From a virus, in IMG/VR virus record IMGVR_UViG_3300009503_000008, positions 1-42,531 of that record: a DNA stretch of 42,531 bases; one strand, 5' to 3'. Numbering within the stretch: position 1 is the stretch's first letter; the number at the start of each line of letters is the position of its first letter. Made by a program: the position numbers and the translations under genes. Positions 1 to 7,951 of the stretch are shown here, in pieces. Under the pieces are notes generated by a model, which worked only from the letters and a program-made list of their open reading frames with translations, ran no database searches and was not told the DNA's origin.

Positions 1-123
1 ATCCCAACCATAACATTTATCAAGAGAACCACAGGTATTAAAAAATCTCCTAGACTCATTATTTTCCACCTCCAATACATACCTCACGGCTTTCCGGGCC
101 GCTTCGTCCAGAGTTCTTCCGCC
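1..123. repeat. Terminal direct repeat, copy 1 (identical to 42409..42531)
   Basis: Bases 1-123 (atcccaaccataacattt...gagttcttccgcc) recur exactly at 42409-42531. The unique length is about 42,408 bp. Confidence 0.9.
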
Positions 124-249
124 AAACTTCTTCTTGATCTCCCCTGCCCGCAGGAGCACCACCATCGCCTCGCCCGTCCGACAGGCGAACTCCACCTGAT
201 AACCGGCGCGGTCGAGACGGGAAAGCCATGCCAAAATCCTTCCGGCCAT
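1..249 (-). CDS. Hypothetical protein. The ORF runs off the window start and, if the molecule is circular, continues at 42408..42391 (88 aa).
   Basis: ATG at 249-247 with GGTGAG upstream. Translation is MAGRILAWLSRLDRAGYQVEFACRTGEAMVVLLRAGEIKKKFGGRTLDEAARKAVRYVLEVEN... It is absent from the ORF track because there is no stop before base 1. Confidence 0.4.
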   Translation of the reverse strand, partial: MAGRILAWLSRLDRAGYQVEFACRTGEAMVVLLRAGEIKKKFGGRTLDEAARKAVRYVLEVENNESRRFFNTCGSLDKCYGWD

Positions 250-346
250 ACAAGGCTCACCACAACCCCAGCATCCTTGCCGTTTCGATCATCTGCCTTA
301 ACTCACGCCACAATTTGACGAAGCGCCGGAACATGGTAATCATCTC

Positions 347-508
347 CTACGAGAAATTATCGGGATATTCCCTCCTGATGGCGGTTATTTTTTGTCCCTC
401 CTTTCCCTTGTGCCATCCGTCGCTGTAACCGGCCTCGTATCCGGCCTTAAACATTACAACCGACCAAGCTATGATCATCACCGCGATTATGCCGTAGTGA
501 ATCAGCAT
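347..508 (-). CDS. Small membrane protein (53 aa)
   Basis: ATG 508-506 overlaps the upstream stop (TGATG), with a GGAGGAAGAAG SD. Translation is MLIHYGIIAVMIIAWSVVMFKAGYEAGYSDGWHKGKEGQKITAIRREYPDNFS, with one hydrophobic helix. Confidence 0.4.
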   Translation of the reverse strand: MLIHYGIIAVMIIAWSVVMFKAGYEAGYSDGWHKGKEGQKITAIRREYPDNFS

Positions 509-897
509 CACTTCTTCCTCCCTTCATACTGCATCGTATCCCGCCAGACCTTGAGGTTCCAGTCTTGATCAAACGTCCAGGCCGGGCAGTTCGCCACGCC
601 CTTCGGCGGGCTGGCGAATGCGGCGCATTTGCCCTTCGGATCTTTTCTCGCGCAGGTGCGGCAGGTGCGGTCAACCTCAATCATGACGGCCAACATCTGT
701 TTTAGTTGATCCACCGGGACGAGAAGGCGTCTGCCGAGCCGGACGGTGGGAATGACCTTCTGACGAACCAACCGATAACCGGTCTTATTGCTGACTGACA
801 AAGCCCGGAAGGCTGTCAACACAGGGATTAAAATTGGTTCTATTTTCGTGGTATTTAATGTCCTTTTCGTGGTACCATGTGGAATCTTGTTCCCCAT
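508..897 (-). CDS. Excisionase/MerR-type helix-turn-helix DNA-binding protein with a Cys-rich C-terminus
   Basis: The segment LSVSNKTGYRLVRQKVIPTVRLGRRLLVPVDQLKQML matches the excisionase-family HTH pattern (vrvGrr..vp...l..wl). A CRTCARKDPKGKC motif follows. Confidence 0.6.
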   Translation of the reverse strand: MGNKIPHGTTKRTLNTTKIEPILIPVLTAFRALSVSNKTGYRLVRQKVIPTVRLGRRLLVPVDQLKQMLAVMIEVDRTCRTCARKDPKGKCAAFASPPKGVANCPAWTFDQDWNLKVWRDTMQYEGRKK

Positions 898-1120
898 AAG
901 AAGTGACCTCCCTGCTTGACAGCTTACCGTTCCTCGAGAGGAGAGGGGGCCGGAAGAAATATCAGCCCCCTCCGGACAACGACCTTACTCTCCCAGCGCC
1001 AGATTACCTTTCATTTCCAGTCCCGTCCAATCCACTCCTGTCCAGTCCTCTAACCACTCCGATCATTTCCGCTCTGTTACTTTCCTGTCCTATCCCCTCC
1101 AGTCCACTAACCCTTCGCCA

Positions 1121-1579
1121 TCACCTTCTTTCCATCACCGCCTCCGGCCATCTCGCCGGCGGCAGCTTGCCTCGCTCGTACCGTCCGCATTCCACCACCT
1201 TGTAGGCCGGCCCGGTGCCCGATAGCCGTGTCGTGACCACGTGACAGCCGGCCAGCGCGATACCCTCCTCCACCGTATTGGCTCCCAGGTATGGGCAGTC
1301 GGTCGCGATGGCGTGGCGGCAGGTGTCGCACAGCGTGCCCAGCTCGTAGAACCGGGACCGGTCCACCTCGGTGACGACCGGGGTCTCCGGGTCCGTGGAG
1401 GGGTCCGCCTTTCCCCGGCGGGAAAGGAGTCGTAACTCCGCCTGCGGCACCTTGCGGCCATGCTTGGTTCCGTCAAACCGAACCACAGCCCAGGCACCAT
1501 CCTTCGCCGCAACCTGCACAGTGCCGTATTTCCCGGTGGATATGTGGAACACCCGTTCATTTCGCTGGCAGGTTATCAT
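1121..1579 (-). CDS. Hypothetical Cys-rich protein (152 aa)
   Basis: Complete ORF in line with the early operon, with protein-like composition. Overlapping ORFs in other frames are R/G/P-rich junk. Confidence 0.6.
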   Translation of the reverse strand: MITCQRNERVFHISTGKYGTVQVAAKDGAWAVVRFDGTKHGRKVPQAELRLLSRRGKADPSTDPETPVVTEVDRSRFYELGTLCDTCRHAIATDCPYLGANTVEEGIALAGCHVVTTRLSGTGPAYKVVECGRYERGKLPPARWPEAVMERR

Positions 1580-2045
1580 CTCGCCTTACTCCCCTTGTCC
1601 GACGGTATGATTTTTTCAACGCTGCCATACACGGTGTATCGCAGCCACTATCTGCTACACGGATTACCACCTCCACACGCGGCGGTGTGCCATACCGTTT
1701 GCGTATCACCGCATCCGTCACGCGGGAATCATTGGTCCAAAATAGCCCTTCCAGGGCATCGGTCAAGGACTTGGCAAGATTGTCCCAATCCGGCTTGCGG
1801 TCTGGTAGCATATCGGCCTTACGTCGGCTTTGCGGTCGCGGCAGGTAGAATACGGCCTCAATCGCCAGCGGACAGTCCAGCGGTTCCGCAGGCAAATATG
1901 GCATCGCCTGGGCGGCGATGTTTTCCTCCCACCGGACAGTGCGCGGTGGCGTGAAGCTGCTGATTTGGCCATTCGGACGCCTGACCGTCCGGGCCCTTGC
2001 CTTTGGCACGGGCAGACCGTATACCGTGAACCTGATCTCGTCCAT
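1557..2045 (-). CDS. rusA: RusA-family Holliday junction resolvase
   Basis: MDEIRFTVYGLPVPKARAR...FTPPRTVRWE...PDWDNLAKSLTDALEGLFWTNDSRV carries the RusA hallmarks (G.P.pK.R, kPD.DNl.K...DAl...DD). Confidence 0.85.
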   Translation of the reverse strand: MDEIRFTVYGLPVPKARARTVRRPNGQISSFTPPRTVRWEENIAAQAMPYLPAEPLDCPLAIEAVFYLPRPQSRRKADMLPDRKPDWDNLAKSLTDALEGLFWTNDSRVTDAVIRKRYGTPPRVEVVIRVADSGCDTPCMAALKKSYRRTRGVRRDDNLPAK

Positions 2046-2060
2046 CTGCTGTTTCTCTCC

Positions 2061-2501
2061 TCACCGATTGCCCGGCTTCCCCGCCGGCGGCTCCTCCAAC
2101 GTCCAGTCCGGGGCCACTGGGTACTTCTCGGGCCTGTCTCTTCCCGCGGCGCAACGGCAGCGGTAGACGTACTGGTACACCTCGTGCCGGAACTCGTCCC
2201 GCCCGGAGCGGCCCGCGATCACGATGCCATTGATACACCGGCCACAGCCCCTATTGTGCCGTACCGATGGTGATATGCCGCCTGGGTTCATCTCGGCCAG
2301 AACTTTGGCCCGGATATGGCTGATCAGGGGCCAGGAGCGGGAGTCTTGCTCCCGCATCACGGCACGCACGGCGTCCATGGCCGCGTCCGCCGGCAGATCC
2401 CCTATCTGGTCCCACCACGCGGCCCGTGTCGCGTCGGTCGGACGCAGCCCATAGATGGCCGCGATGTAGCTCACAATGCCATCGCTCTCATCGTGCGTCA
2501 T
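2061..2501 (-). CDS. Hypothetical protein, possibly a G39P-like helicase loader, with a C-terminal Zn knuckle
   Basis: IVSYIAAIYGLRPTDATRAAWWDQIGDLPADAAMDAVRAV resembles the N-domain pattern of SPP1 G39P-type loaders (from memory). CGRC...CRC follows. It sits directly downstream of the replisome organizer. Confidence 0.45.
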   Translation of the reverse strand: MTHDESDGIVSYIAAIYGLRPTDATRAAWWDQIGDLPADAAMDAVRAVMREQDSRSWPLISHIRAKVLAEMNPGGISPSVRHNRGCGRCINGIVIAGRSGRDEFRHEVYQYVYRCRCAAGRDRPEKYPVAPDWTLEEPPAGKPGNR

Positions 2502-3523
2502 GGATCAGCACCTCGTTTTCGGTTTTTGGCCCTCTCAAGCAGCTCCGTGAAGTCCGGAGCAGCAACCGGGGTTGGATCTCTAGCCCGTGCCTCGGCCTCG
2601 GCCTGCGGCCTGGTCCTGATCCCCGCGGCGTGCCAGCGCCGGAGGATGCCCTCGATGTAGTCCACCCGGCGCTTGCCCCGGTCGGCGGCGAGCTCGCAGG
2701 CATACACGATGGCTCCCATGTCCATGCCGCGGCCAAGCCATGCGGCCACCCTTTCCACCTGGTGGGCCGGCGGACAGAGGATGCCGGCCATGGATTCAAG
2801 TGCGTGATGGATGTTCATGGCGGGGTCTGGGGCAGGCGGCTCAACGGGGTCGGTGAGATGGTCGGGCGGCATGGCCGGGTCGGTGAGCACGGCCGGCATG
2901 GCGGTCGACTCTGCCAGTTGGTCCGTGGCCGGTTGGTTGGCGGGTTGGCGGGTTGGCGGGTTGGCGGGTTGACCGATTAACCGGTCGCCGCCGCCGGACG
3001 CCGCCGGTTGGTCCTCGCGTGCGTGCGCGCGTCCGGTTCCGGTATCCGTTTCGTTTCGTTTCGTTTCGTTTCGTTTCGTAGCTATGTCACGCGACGCGCT
3101 CGCAGTGCGCTCGTGATCATCACGTGATGCGCTCGCGGTGTCTCCCTTCCGCCGCGCTCTCCACTCCCGATTCCGCGCGGCGTTTTTCTCCCGCCGCTCG
3201 ATGAGCACCCCGGCGTACTCGTCCCAGTCGTGGACATGCAGGCCGCCGTCCTCGTCGTGCTCCAGGAAGCCCGCTGAACCGCCGGGGCCGCAGTCCACAA
3301 GGGCCTTGACAAACACCTCTGGGTCGCCGTCCCATGCCCCGGCATCGGCTATATCCTCGACGGAGTAACGGCTGAGGTCTCCGTCCTGGGCGAAGTCCAG
3401 GCACCAACACCAGAGGTGACAGAGATGGCCAACGGCGGCTACCTCCGACACGTCTAGGAGCCGCGCCAACCGTTTGGTCTTGGGGTGATGTCTCAGGGTT
3501 TGGTCAATCCTGATCCAAGCCAC
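2498..3523 (-). CDS. Replisome organizer / replication initiator with a C-terminal DnaD-like domain
   Basis: The N-terminal phage replisome-organizer-like region is MAWIRIDQTLRHHPKTKRLARLL...HLWCWCLDFA. The C-terminus, AIVYACELAADRGKRRVDYIEGILRRWHAAGIRT, fits the DnaD/DnaB_2 domain motif (Yi.gIL..W...gi.t). A low-complexity linker carries DNA tandem repeats. Confidence 0.8.
   Translation of the reverse strand: MAWIRIDQTLRHHPKTKRLARLLDVSEVAAVGHLCHLWCWCLDFAQDGDLSRYSVEDIADAGAWDGDPEVFVKALVDCGPGGSAGFLEHDEDGGLHVHDWDEYAGVLIERREKNAARNREWRARRKGDTASASRDDHERTASASRDIATKRNETKRNETDTGTGRAHAREDQPAASGGGDRLIGQPANPPTRQPANQPATDQLAESTAMPAVLTDPAMPPDHLTDPVEPPAPDPAMNIHHALESMAGILCPPAHQVERVAAWLGRGMDMGAIVYACELAADRGKRRVDYIEGILRRWHAAGIRTRPQAEAEARARDPTPVAAPDFTELLERAKNRKRGADP
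2937..2968. repeat. 8-bp tandem repeat ttggcggg x4 inside the organizer linker
   Basis: Read directly: ttggcggg at 2937, 2945, 2953 and 2961, plus flanking partial copies. It encodes QPANPPTRQPANQPA. Confidence 0.9.
3047..3076. repeat. 5-bp tandem repeat cgttt x6 inside the organizer linker
   Basis: Read directly: cgttt x6 (3047-3076). It encodes KRNETKRNET on the minus strand. Confidence 0.9.
3087..3140. repeat. Two 21-bp imperfect direct repeats flanking an 11-bp palindrome
   Basis: tcacgcgacgcgctcgcagtg (3087-3107) and tcacgtgatgcgctcgcggtg (3120-3140) match at 18/21. The palindrome gtgatcatcac lies at 3113-3123. Confidence 0.75.
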
Positions 3524-3580
3524 TATGTAGCCCTCGCTTTCTGCTGCCTATACAACCCTTTCGCTAGAAGCAGCGAAATT

Positions 3581-3997
3581 TCAAGTTCGCCTCTCCCGCG
3601 CCGCGATCTTCCTGTCCTTTTGCAGGCGACTCCAACCTTTCATAAAACGAGCAATATCCGGCTTCTTTCCTGGCGGCAGTTTGTTGCTATAGGCCAGCAG
3701 ATCGCGGAAAAACTGCCGCACTATCTCGCACTCCTGCGGCGACATTGCCTGCTCCATGCGGCACCCACCGGTCAGTAGGAATCTGATTTTTCGGCCCCTA
3801 CTGTCTCGGGGAGCCGTGATCTTGGGGTGTTGCGTGGGAAGCCCGCGATACCGCCGCCACTGCCAGATCGCTGAAGGAACCACGCCCATGGCGGCGGCAA
3901 TCCGCGTGTCGCTCAGCCCGGCGTGGTACAGCTCCAGCCGCCGGGTTTCCTCCGCAGGCGGTAGCAGACACTTTCCCGCCGGCGATTTGCGGTTCAT
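3581..3997 (-). CDS. Helix-turn-helix DNA-binding protein (138 aa)
   Basis: LELYHAGLSDTRIAAAMGVVPSAIWQWRRYRGLP is a typical sigma70-r4/resolvase-like HTH. The family is not resolved. Confidence 0.55.
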   Translation of the reverse strand: MNRKSPAGKCLLPPAEETRRLELYHAGLSDTRIAAAMGVVPSAIWQWRRYRGLPTQHPKITAPRDSRGRKIRFLLTGGCRMEQAMSPQECEIVRQFFRDLLAYSNKLPPGKKPDIARFMKGWSRLQKDRKIAARERRT

Positions 3998-4027
3998 TGT
4001 TCACACCTCCTAAACCGGGAACTCCTG

Positions 4028-4387
4028 TTACCTTGTCCGTTCATCCGTCTTGGCGACGGCATCCACGATGTCGTCGCCGCTCCAGGGCGTCTTTCTTCTG
4101 GCCCAGCAAACCCCCAGCATCAACCGGCCGAAGTAAACCTCCCTAACCCGCAACTTCGCGAGTTCCCGCCGGTTGAACCAAACCGGGGGCCTGTCGCCCG
4201 GATGGTCCTTGTACCAAAAATCCCCTTTCCGGGTGGCCCAGGCCAGCCCGATGGCGGCCTTGGGCGCTATTTTGGTGAACCACCATATCGAGTCTGGCTT
4301 GGTTGTCATGAGAAACCTCTTACCACAAAAGATAAAGATTGCCTTGCTGACGTTCGGTTCCTCAGAAGTGGCGGTCATGGTGTCCAT
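4028..4387 (-). CDS. Hypothetical protein (119 aa)
   Basis: Complete ORF, co-oriented with its neighbours. Its start overlaps the MTase stop, and its composition is protein-like. Confidence 0.6.
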   Translation of the reverse strand: MDTMTATSEEPNVSKAIFIFCGKRFLMTTKPDSIWWFTKIAPKAAIGLAWATRKGDFWYKDHPGDRPPVWFNRRELAKLRVREVYFGRLMLGVCWARRKTPWSGDDIVDAVAKTDERTR

Positions 4388-6423
4388 GGGATCATCCCCT
4401 CCGCTGCCAGAATCGCCATGCCGATCTCCCTCACCACCTGCGGGACCACGGCGTTACCGAGGGCTTGCAATTTCTGCCGCCGGAAGGGTGCCTTGCCAGC
4501 CGCAAGCCTCGGCGGCTCCCAGTGATATTGGTCGCACCCTGCGGGTGCGGGCCATCGATGTTCAGCCAGCCGGGAGGATAGCCCATCAGACAACACACCC
4601 AGTCCGGGTTGAGGGTGCCTTTTACCACGTTTGGCAATTGATCCGGCATATTCCTGTTTTTGTTCGGACCCCGGTAATCTCTTGCCGCAGGCGTGGGCCA
4701 CATCTTCGCATGGGCCACCGCCCCCGGCAGTGCATAATTCCCCGCCGAATCCCGCTGGTTCGGCCCTCCGTGATCCCCGTCCGATGTCCTGGGCGTGGGC
4801 CACATCTTCGCCATCTGCTCCAGTGTCGGGCCGAAACCTTGACCGCTGTATCCATCTATCTTTTTCGCTCTCGGCGTGGGCCAAAATCCAGACCCGATCC
4901 CTTCTGTGCGGGGTGCCGACGGCACAAGCCGGTATAACAAACGCCGCTGTTTTGTAGCCTTCACTTTCCAGGTCAGATAGCACATTGTCGAGTGCCATGC
5001 TGATGATTCCAACAACGTTTTCACCAAGCACCCAATGCGGCCTGACTTCCTTGACAACTCTAAGCATTTCAGGCCAGAGGTAACGGTCATCCTCTTTGCC
5101 TCTTCGCTTCCCGGCGCAGGAGAATGGCTGGCAGTTATGGACAATTGCTCCATCCGCAATATAACTCTCATCCCCCTCAACGGCGATATTGTAAACAGTA
5201 CCTATGCCGCATGGTTCTACTTTTCGTACCAATTTCCAACCATATAGCCCTTCTACATATGCGGAACGATTCCGTGATGGGATACATACAGCGTAAAAAT
5301 CTCGTTGATTTACGACTCTTCCTTCAATTATCTTCTTTCTTGGCACTTTACATTTTCGCACGGATGCTACAACACCGTAAGCTCGTTGTGCCAATAATGC
5401 TGCCCCATATGCCAGAGACTTACTAACGGTAGTTGCCCGTACTTCATTGGTCTTCTTGTCTTTATATCCATCACCCGAAAGATACCCATCGAGAAAAGCG
5501 CGAGCTCTACTTTCATCCAAAGCTAACACGAACCCAGGAATCGTTTTACCTGTTGCCTTATGTCCAAATTGCTTCAAAAAATCACAGAAGACAGAGGAAG
5601 TAATTATAAACTTGACTACTGTCCTTTCCTTGCTTTTAGTACAATTGAATCCTGCTTCCTTAATGCGTTGCCCCAATAAATCGGCTTCGTTTTCCGCACA
5701 ACAAATAACCACCCGCTTGGCTCTACTGTTAATACGGCTCCCCCTTTCCCCTTGCGGTATTTTGCTCTTACGTTTGTAGTCTACAACCCAACCATCTGCT
5801 AAAAACCTACCAACCAACCACCAAAACTCAAGATTTCTATCGTCTTTATAAATTGGTGGCAAAGTCTGAGCAATAAACATTCCTTTTATTTCCTTAGCTT
5901 GTTGCCAATTAGGCTTGCTCCAAACACGCACACACTTTCTCTTACTGCCTTCGCGTGGCATAGATATCCGATAAGTCCTCGCAAGAAAAGGATGTTCAGG
6001 CGTTGTAATCACATCAACTCCTTGTGCTTTCACGTGAATCAATGGAGCATTATCCCGTTTCATTACTGCAGTTACAGGTCTCCAGTTGCCACGGTGTGTT
6101 AGGACTATGTCACCAACCTTCAGTGTTTCAATCAGCTTGTATCCTTCCCAAGTTAAAACCATAGTTCCTTGAGCAAAACATGGAAACCCTCCGCAAACAA
6201 CGTCAATTGCTCCACTTTCAATACCTGCTTCCTCCAGACTCTGCTTTGTCAACCCGAGAATATCGCCGAATATCGGCACTTCCGGCCAGTGGTACTGTAG
6301 CACTTGCTGACAGAACGGTTCTAGCTCGCAGAAGGCCACGGTTCCGAAGGCCCCCGTGGACTCAAGGCCCAGGGAAAAGCCGCCAATGCCGGAGAATAAG
6401 TCAAGGACCTTTAACTTTGGCAT
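4375..6423 (-). CDS. DNA (cytosine-5)-methyltransferase precursor containing an intein
   Basis: Motif I is LDLFSGIGGFSLGL. Motif IV is split as GGFP|C...HN|CQPFSCAGKRRG. Motif VI is GENV, motif VIII is GTPHRRDRVWILA and motif X is LGNAVVPQV. Total length is 682 aa, of which 349 aa are intein. Confidence 0.9.
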   Translation of the reverse strand: MPKLKVLDLFSGIGGFSLGLESTGAFGTVAFCELEPFCQQVLQYHWPEVPIFGDILGLTKQSLEEAGIESGAIDVVCGGFPCFAQGTMVLTWEGYKLIETLKVGDIVLTHRGNWRPVTAVMKRDNAPLIHVKAQGVDVITTPEHPFLARTYRISMPREGSKRKCVRVWSKPNWQQAKEIKGMFIAQTLPPIYKDDRNLEFWWLVGRFLADGWVVDYKRKSKIPQGERGSRINSRAKRVVICCAENEADLLGQRIKEAGFNCTKSKERTVVKFIITSSVFCDFLKQFGHKATGKTIPGFVLALDESRARAFLDGYLSGDGYKDKKTNEVRATTVSKSLAYGAALLAQRAYGVVASVRKCKVPRKKIIEGRVVNQRDFYAVCIPSRNRSAYVEGLYGWKLVRKVEPCGIGTVYNIAVEGDESYIADGAIVHNCQPFSCAGKRRGKEDDRYLWPEMLRVVKEVRPHWVLGENVVGIISMALDNVLSDLESEGYKTAAFVIPACAVGTPHRRDRVWILAHAESEKDRWIQRSRFRPDTGADGEDVAHAQDIGRGSRRAEPAGFGGELCTAGGGGPCEDVAHACGKRLPGSEQKQEYAGSIAKRGKRHPQPGLGVLSDGLSSRLAEHRWPAPAGCDQYHWEPPRLAAGKAPFRRQKLQALGNAVVPQVVREIGMAILAAEGMIPWTP
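5134..6180 (-). mobile_element. Class-1 intein with a LAGLIDADG homing endonuclease domain, inserted in motif IV of the MTase
   Basis: Block A is CFAQGTMVLTWEGYKLIETLKVGDIVL and block B is TTPEHPF. The LAGLIDADG motifs are WWLVGRFLADGWV and AFLDGYLSGDGY. Block F is VYNIAVEGDESYIA and block G is GAIVHN, followed by +1 Cys. The region is visibly lower in GC than its flanks. Confidence 0.9.
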
Positions 6424-7334
6424 TGGGTATTACCCCCCTTCGGCACCTGATCCCACTTCCGCCCGTCCAGTTCGGGCAGCTTAACCACCTTGCCATCGAC
6501 CCGCAGGGCTTTCAAAAAGAACGGCACGCCCGCTTCTTGGCACTGATCTCGCAGGTCTCGTACCCAGTTCACCTCCATGGGCCGCGCTCCGGGCCCGGTC
6601 TCGCAGCCGCAGATCACCCAGTCGAGGGTGTTGTATGTTCTGTTTCGTCCCGACCGTAGAATGGGATATGGCCGGAAGGGATCGCCGAAGAATCCTTCTC
6701 CGTAGTTAATTGGGACAGAAGACAGATCCACGGCCTCCAGCATCGGTTCGACCGAAACGAACCTCACTGCCGCCGGAATTTGGAGAAGTATCGGTATTCT
6801 CTCGTTGGCCCGCTGCTGATCTTCGGCAGTTACCCCTGCCCAACAATTTCTAAGCGGCATCGGGCCGATCTCTTTGGGCTGCGGAAGTCCAAATTCTCGC
6901 ACGGCCTGGGATTGAAACCACCCGACATGGAACTGGAAGTCTTCGTCTGTGAGCAACTTCAAGGCACGCTCTGGCCGCTTTGTCAAAACCATGAAAGTAT
7001 GCTGCCGTGCCAGGTCCATGATCGCCCATACCTTGGCAATGAATTTCTCGTCAACATCGTCGTGGAATAAGTCCCCCATGCTGCAAACAAACACCCGCCT
7101 CGGCTTCGTCCACCTCAACGGCTCGCTCAGCCTCTCCGGATGCAGCGTCACACGGAACGGCTCGTCCGCCGGGTAGCCGCATCGTCCGGCCAGACGCCGT
7201 GCCATGGTCCGTGCGTAGCAATGGGCGCACCCAGGGCTGACGGGCGTGCAGCCGGTGACGGGATTCCAGACCGTGTCGGCCCATTCAATGCGTGTTTTGG
7301 TCAATTCGATCCCTCCTAACTTCACTAGTCCCAA
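6411..7334 (-). CDS. Phage Gp37/Gp68 family protein (DUF5131)
   Basis: TRIEWADTVWNPVTGCTPVSPGCAHCYA is the family's N-terminal signature (IeWtd.tWNPv.GC..vS.GC..CYA). Confidence 0.85.
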   Translation of the reverse strand: MGLVKLGGIELTKTRIEWADTVWNPVTGCTPVSPGCAHCYARTMARRLAGRCGYPADEPFRVTLHPERLSEPLRWTKPRRVFVCSMGDLFHDDVDEKFIAKVWAIMDLARQHTFMVLTKRPERALKLLTDEDFQFHVGWFQSQAVREFGLPQPKEIGPMPLRNCWAGVTAEDQQRANERIPILLQIPAAVRFVSVEPMLEAVDLSSVPINYGEGFFGDPFRPYPILRSGRNRTYNTLDWVICGCETGPGARPMEVNWVRDLRDQCQEAGVPFFLKALRVDGKVVKLPELDGRKWDQVPKGGNTQCQS

Positions 7335-7361
7335 ATCGTACGCCGGACAGTCCCGGTGCCT

Positions 7362-7778
7362 TCACCGCTCCACCACGGTCACCACAAGCCTCTTTGCTCC
7401 CCACTCTTTTGCCTCTTCTAATTCCGGTATGTACACATCCAACCGAGCCCCTCTGATCAAGCCGCCAGTGTCCTCGGCCATTGCCCATCCATACCCCGGC
7501 ACGTACACCTGGCTGTCCAAGGGGATCACCTGCGGGTCCACCGCGCACTCGCCGATCCGGGTCCTCGTCCCCGTGGCCGTGATCGCCCCCTGGCAATACG
7601 CCGTGACCAGGGCTTGTATCCGGACCACACGCTCGCCTCGGCTGACCTCGGTGTGACGCGCGGGGCGCGGTGGTGGCCGGTCGGCCATGGCGAGCGGGGA
7701 GGCGAGGATCACGGCCAGGGCGAGGGAGGCAGCCGCCGCCCGGATCAATCCGTGACCTCCGGGCACTTGGGCACCCAC
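7362..7778 (-). CDS. Secreted 3D-domain (MltA/YabE-type) cell-wall protein
   Basis: The N-terminus is signal-like (AAAASLALAVILASPLAMA). It is followed by TAYCQGAITATGTRTRIGECAVDPQVIPLDSQVYVPGYGWAMAEDTGGLIRGARLDVY, which is the 3D-domain pattern. Confidence 0.75.
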   Translation of the reverse strand: MGAQVPGGHGLIRAAAASLALAVILASPLAMADRPPPRPARHTEVSRGERVVRIQALVTAYCQGAITATGTRTRIGECAVDPQVIPLDSQVYVPGYGWAMAEDTGGLIRGARLDVYIPELEEAKEWGAKRLVVTVVER

Positions 7779-7951
7779 TCATCGCATTCCGGTACCGGGC
7801 CCGCATACAGGCAGTATTTCCTGCCACAGGTCCGGCACAGGCTCTGAGGCTCGTTTGGTACTCCGCAGCCGCATATCGGGCAGATCCATGGCTGGCCGCT
7901 GGCCGCAGAGTACAACTCAGCCCCGCATACGGGGCATGTGCGATGGATCAT
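7745..7951 (-). CDS. Small Zn-ribbon protein (68 aa)
   Basis: Internal ATG at 7951 with a GAGAAGGTGGTG SD. Translation is MIHRTCPVCGAELYSAASGQPWICPICGCG...CRTCGRKYC. Confidence 0.5.
   Translation of the reverse strand: MIHRTCPVCGAELYSAASGQPWICPICGCGVPNEPQSLCRTCGRKYCLYAGPVPECDEWVPKCPEVTD

Noticed and set aside
898-1120. 220-bp non-coding gap with short direct repeats (tccagtcctctaacc at 1041-1055 and tccagtccactaacc at 1098-1112) and the hairpin GAGGGGGC...GCCCCCTC at about 944-975
   Set aside because: The repeats are short and there are only two copies. No T-tract follows the hairpin. It may be regulatory, but the evidence is insufficient to assign a function.
4886-5100. Upstream part of alternative-frame ORF 4431..5180 (SGLKCLELSRKSGRIGCLVKTLLESSAWHSTMCYLTWKVK...), which superficially looks protein-like
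   Set aside because: These nucleotides encode unmistakable MTase motifs (LWPEMLRVVKEVRPHWVLGENV, GTPHRRDRVWI) in the main frame. The alternative-frame reading here is therefore coincidental. Only the part downstream of ~4886 is flagged as a finding.
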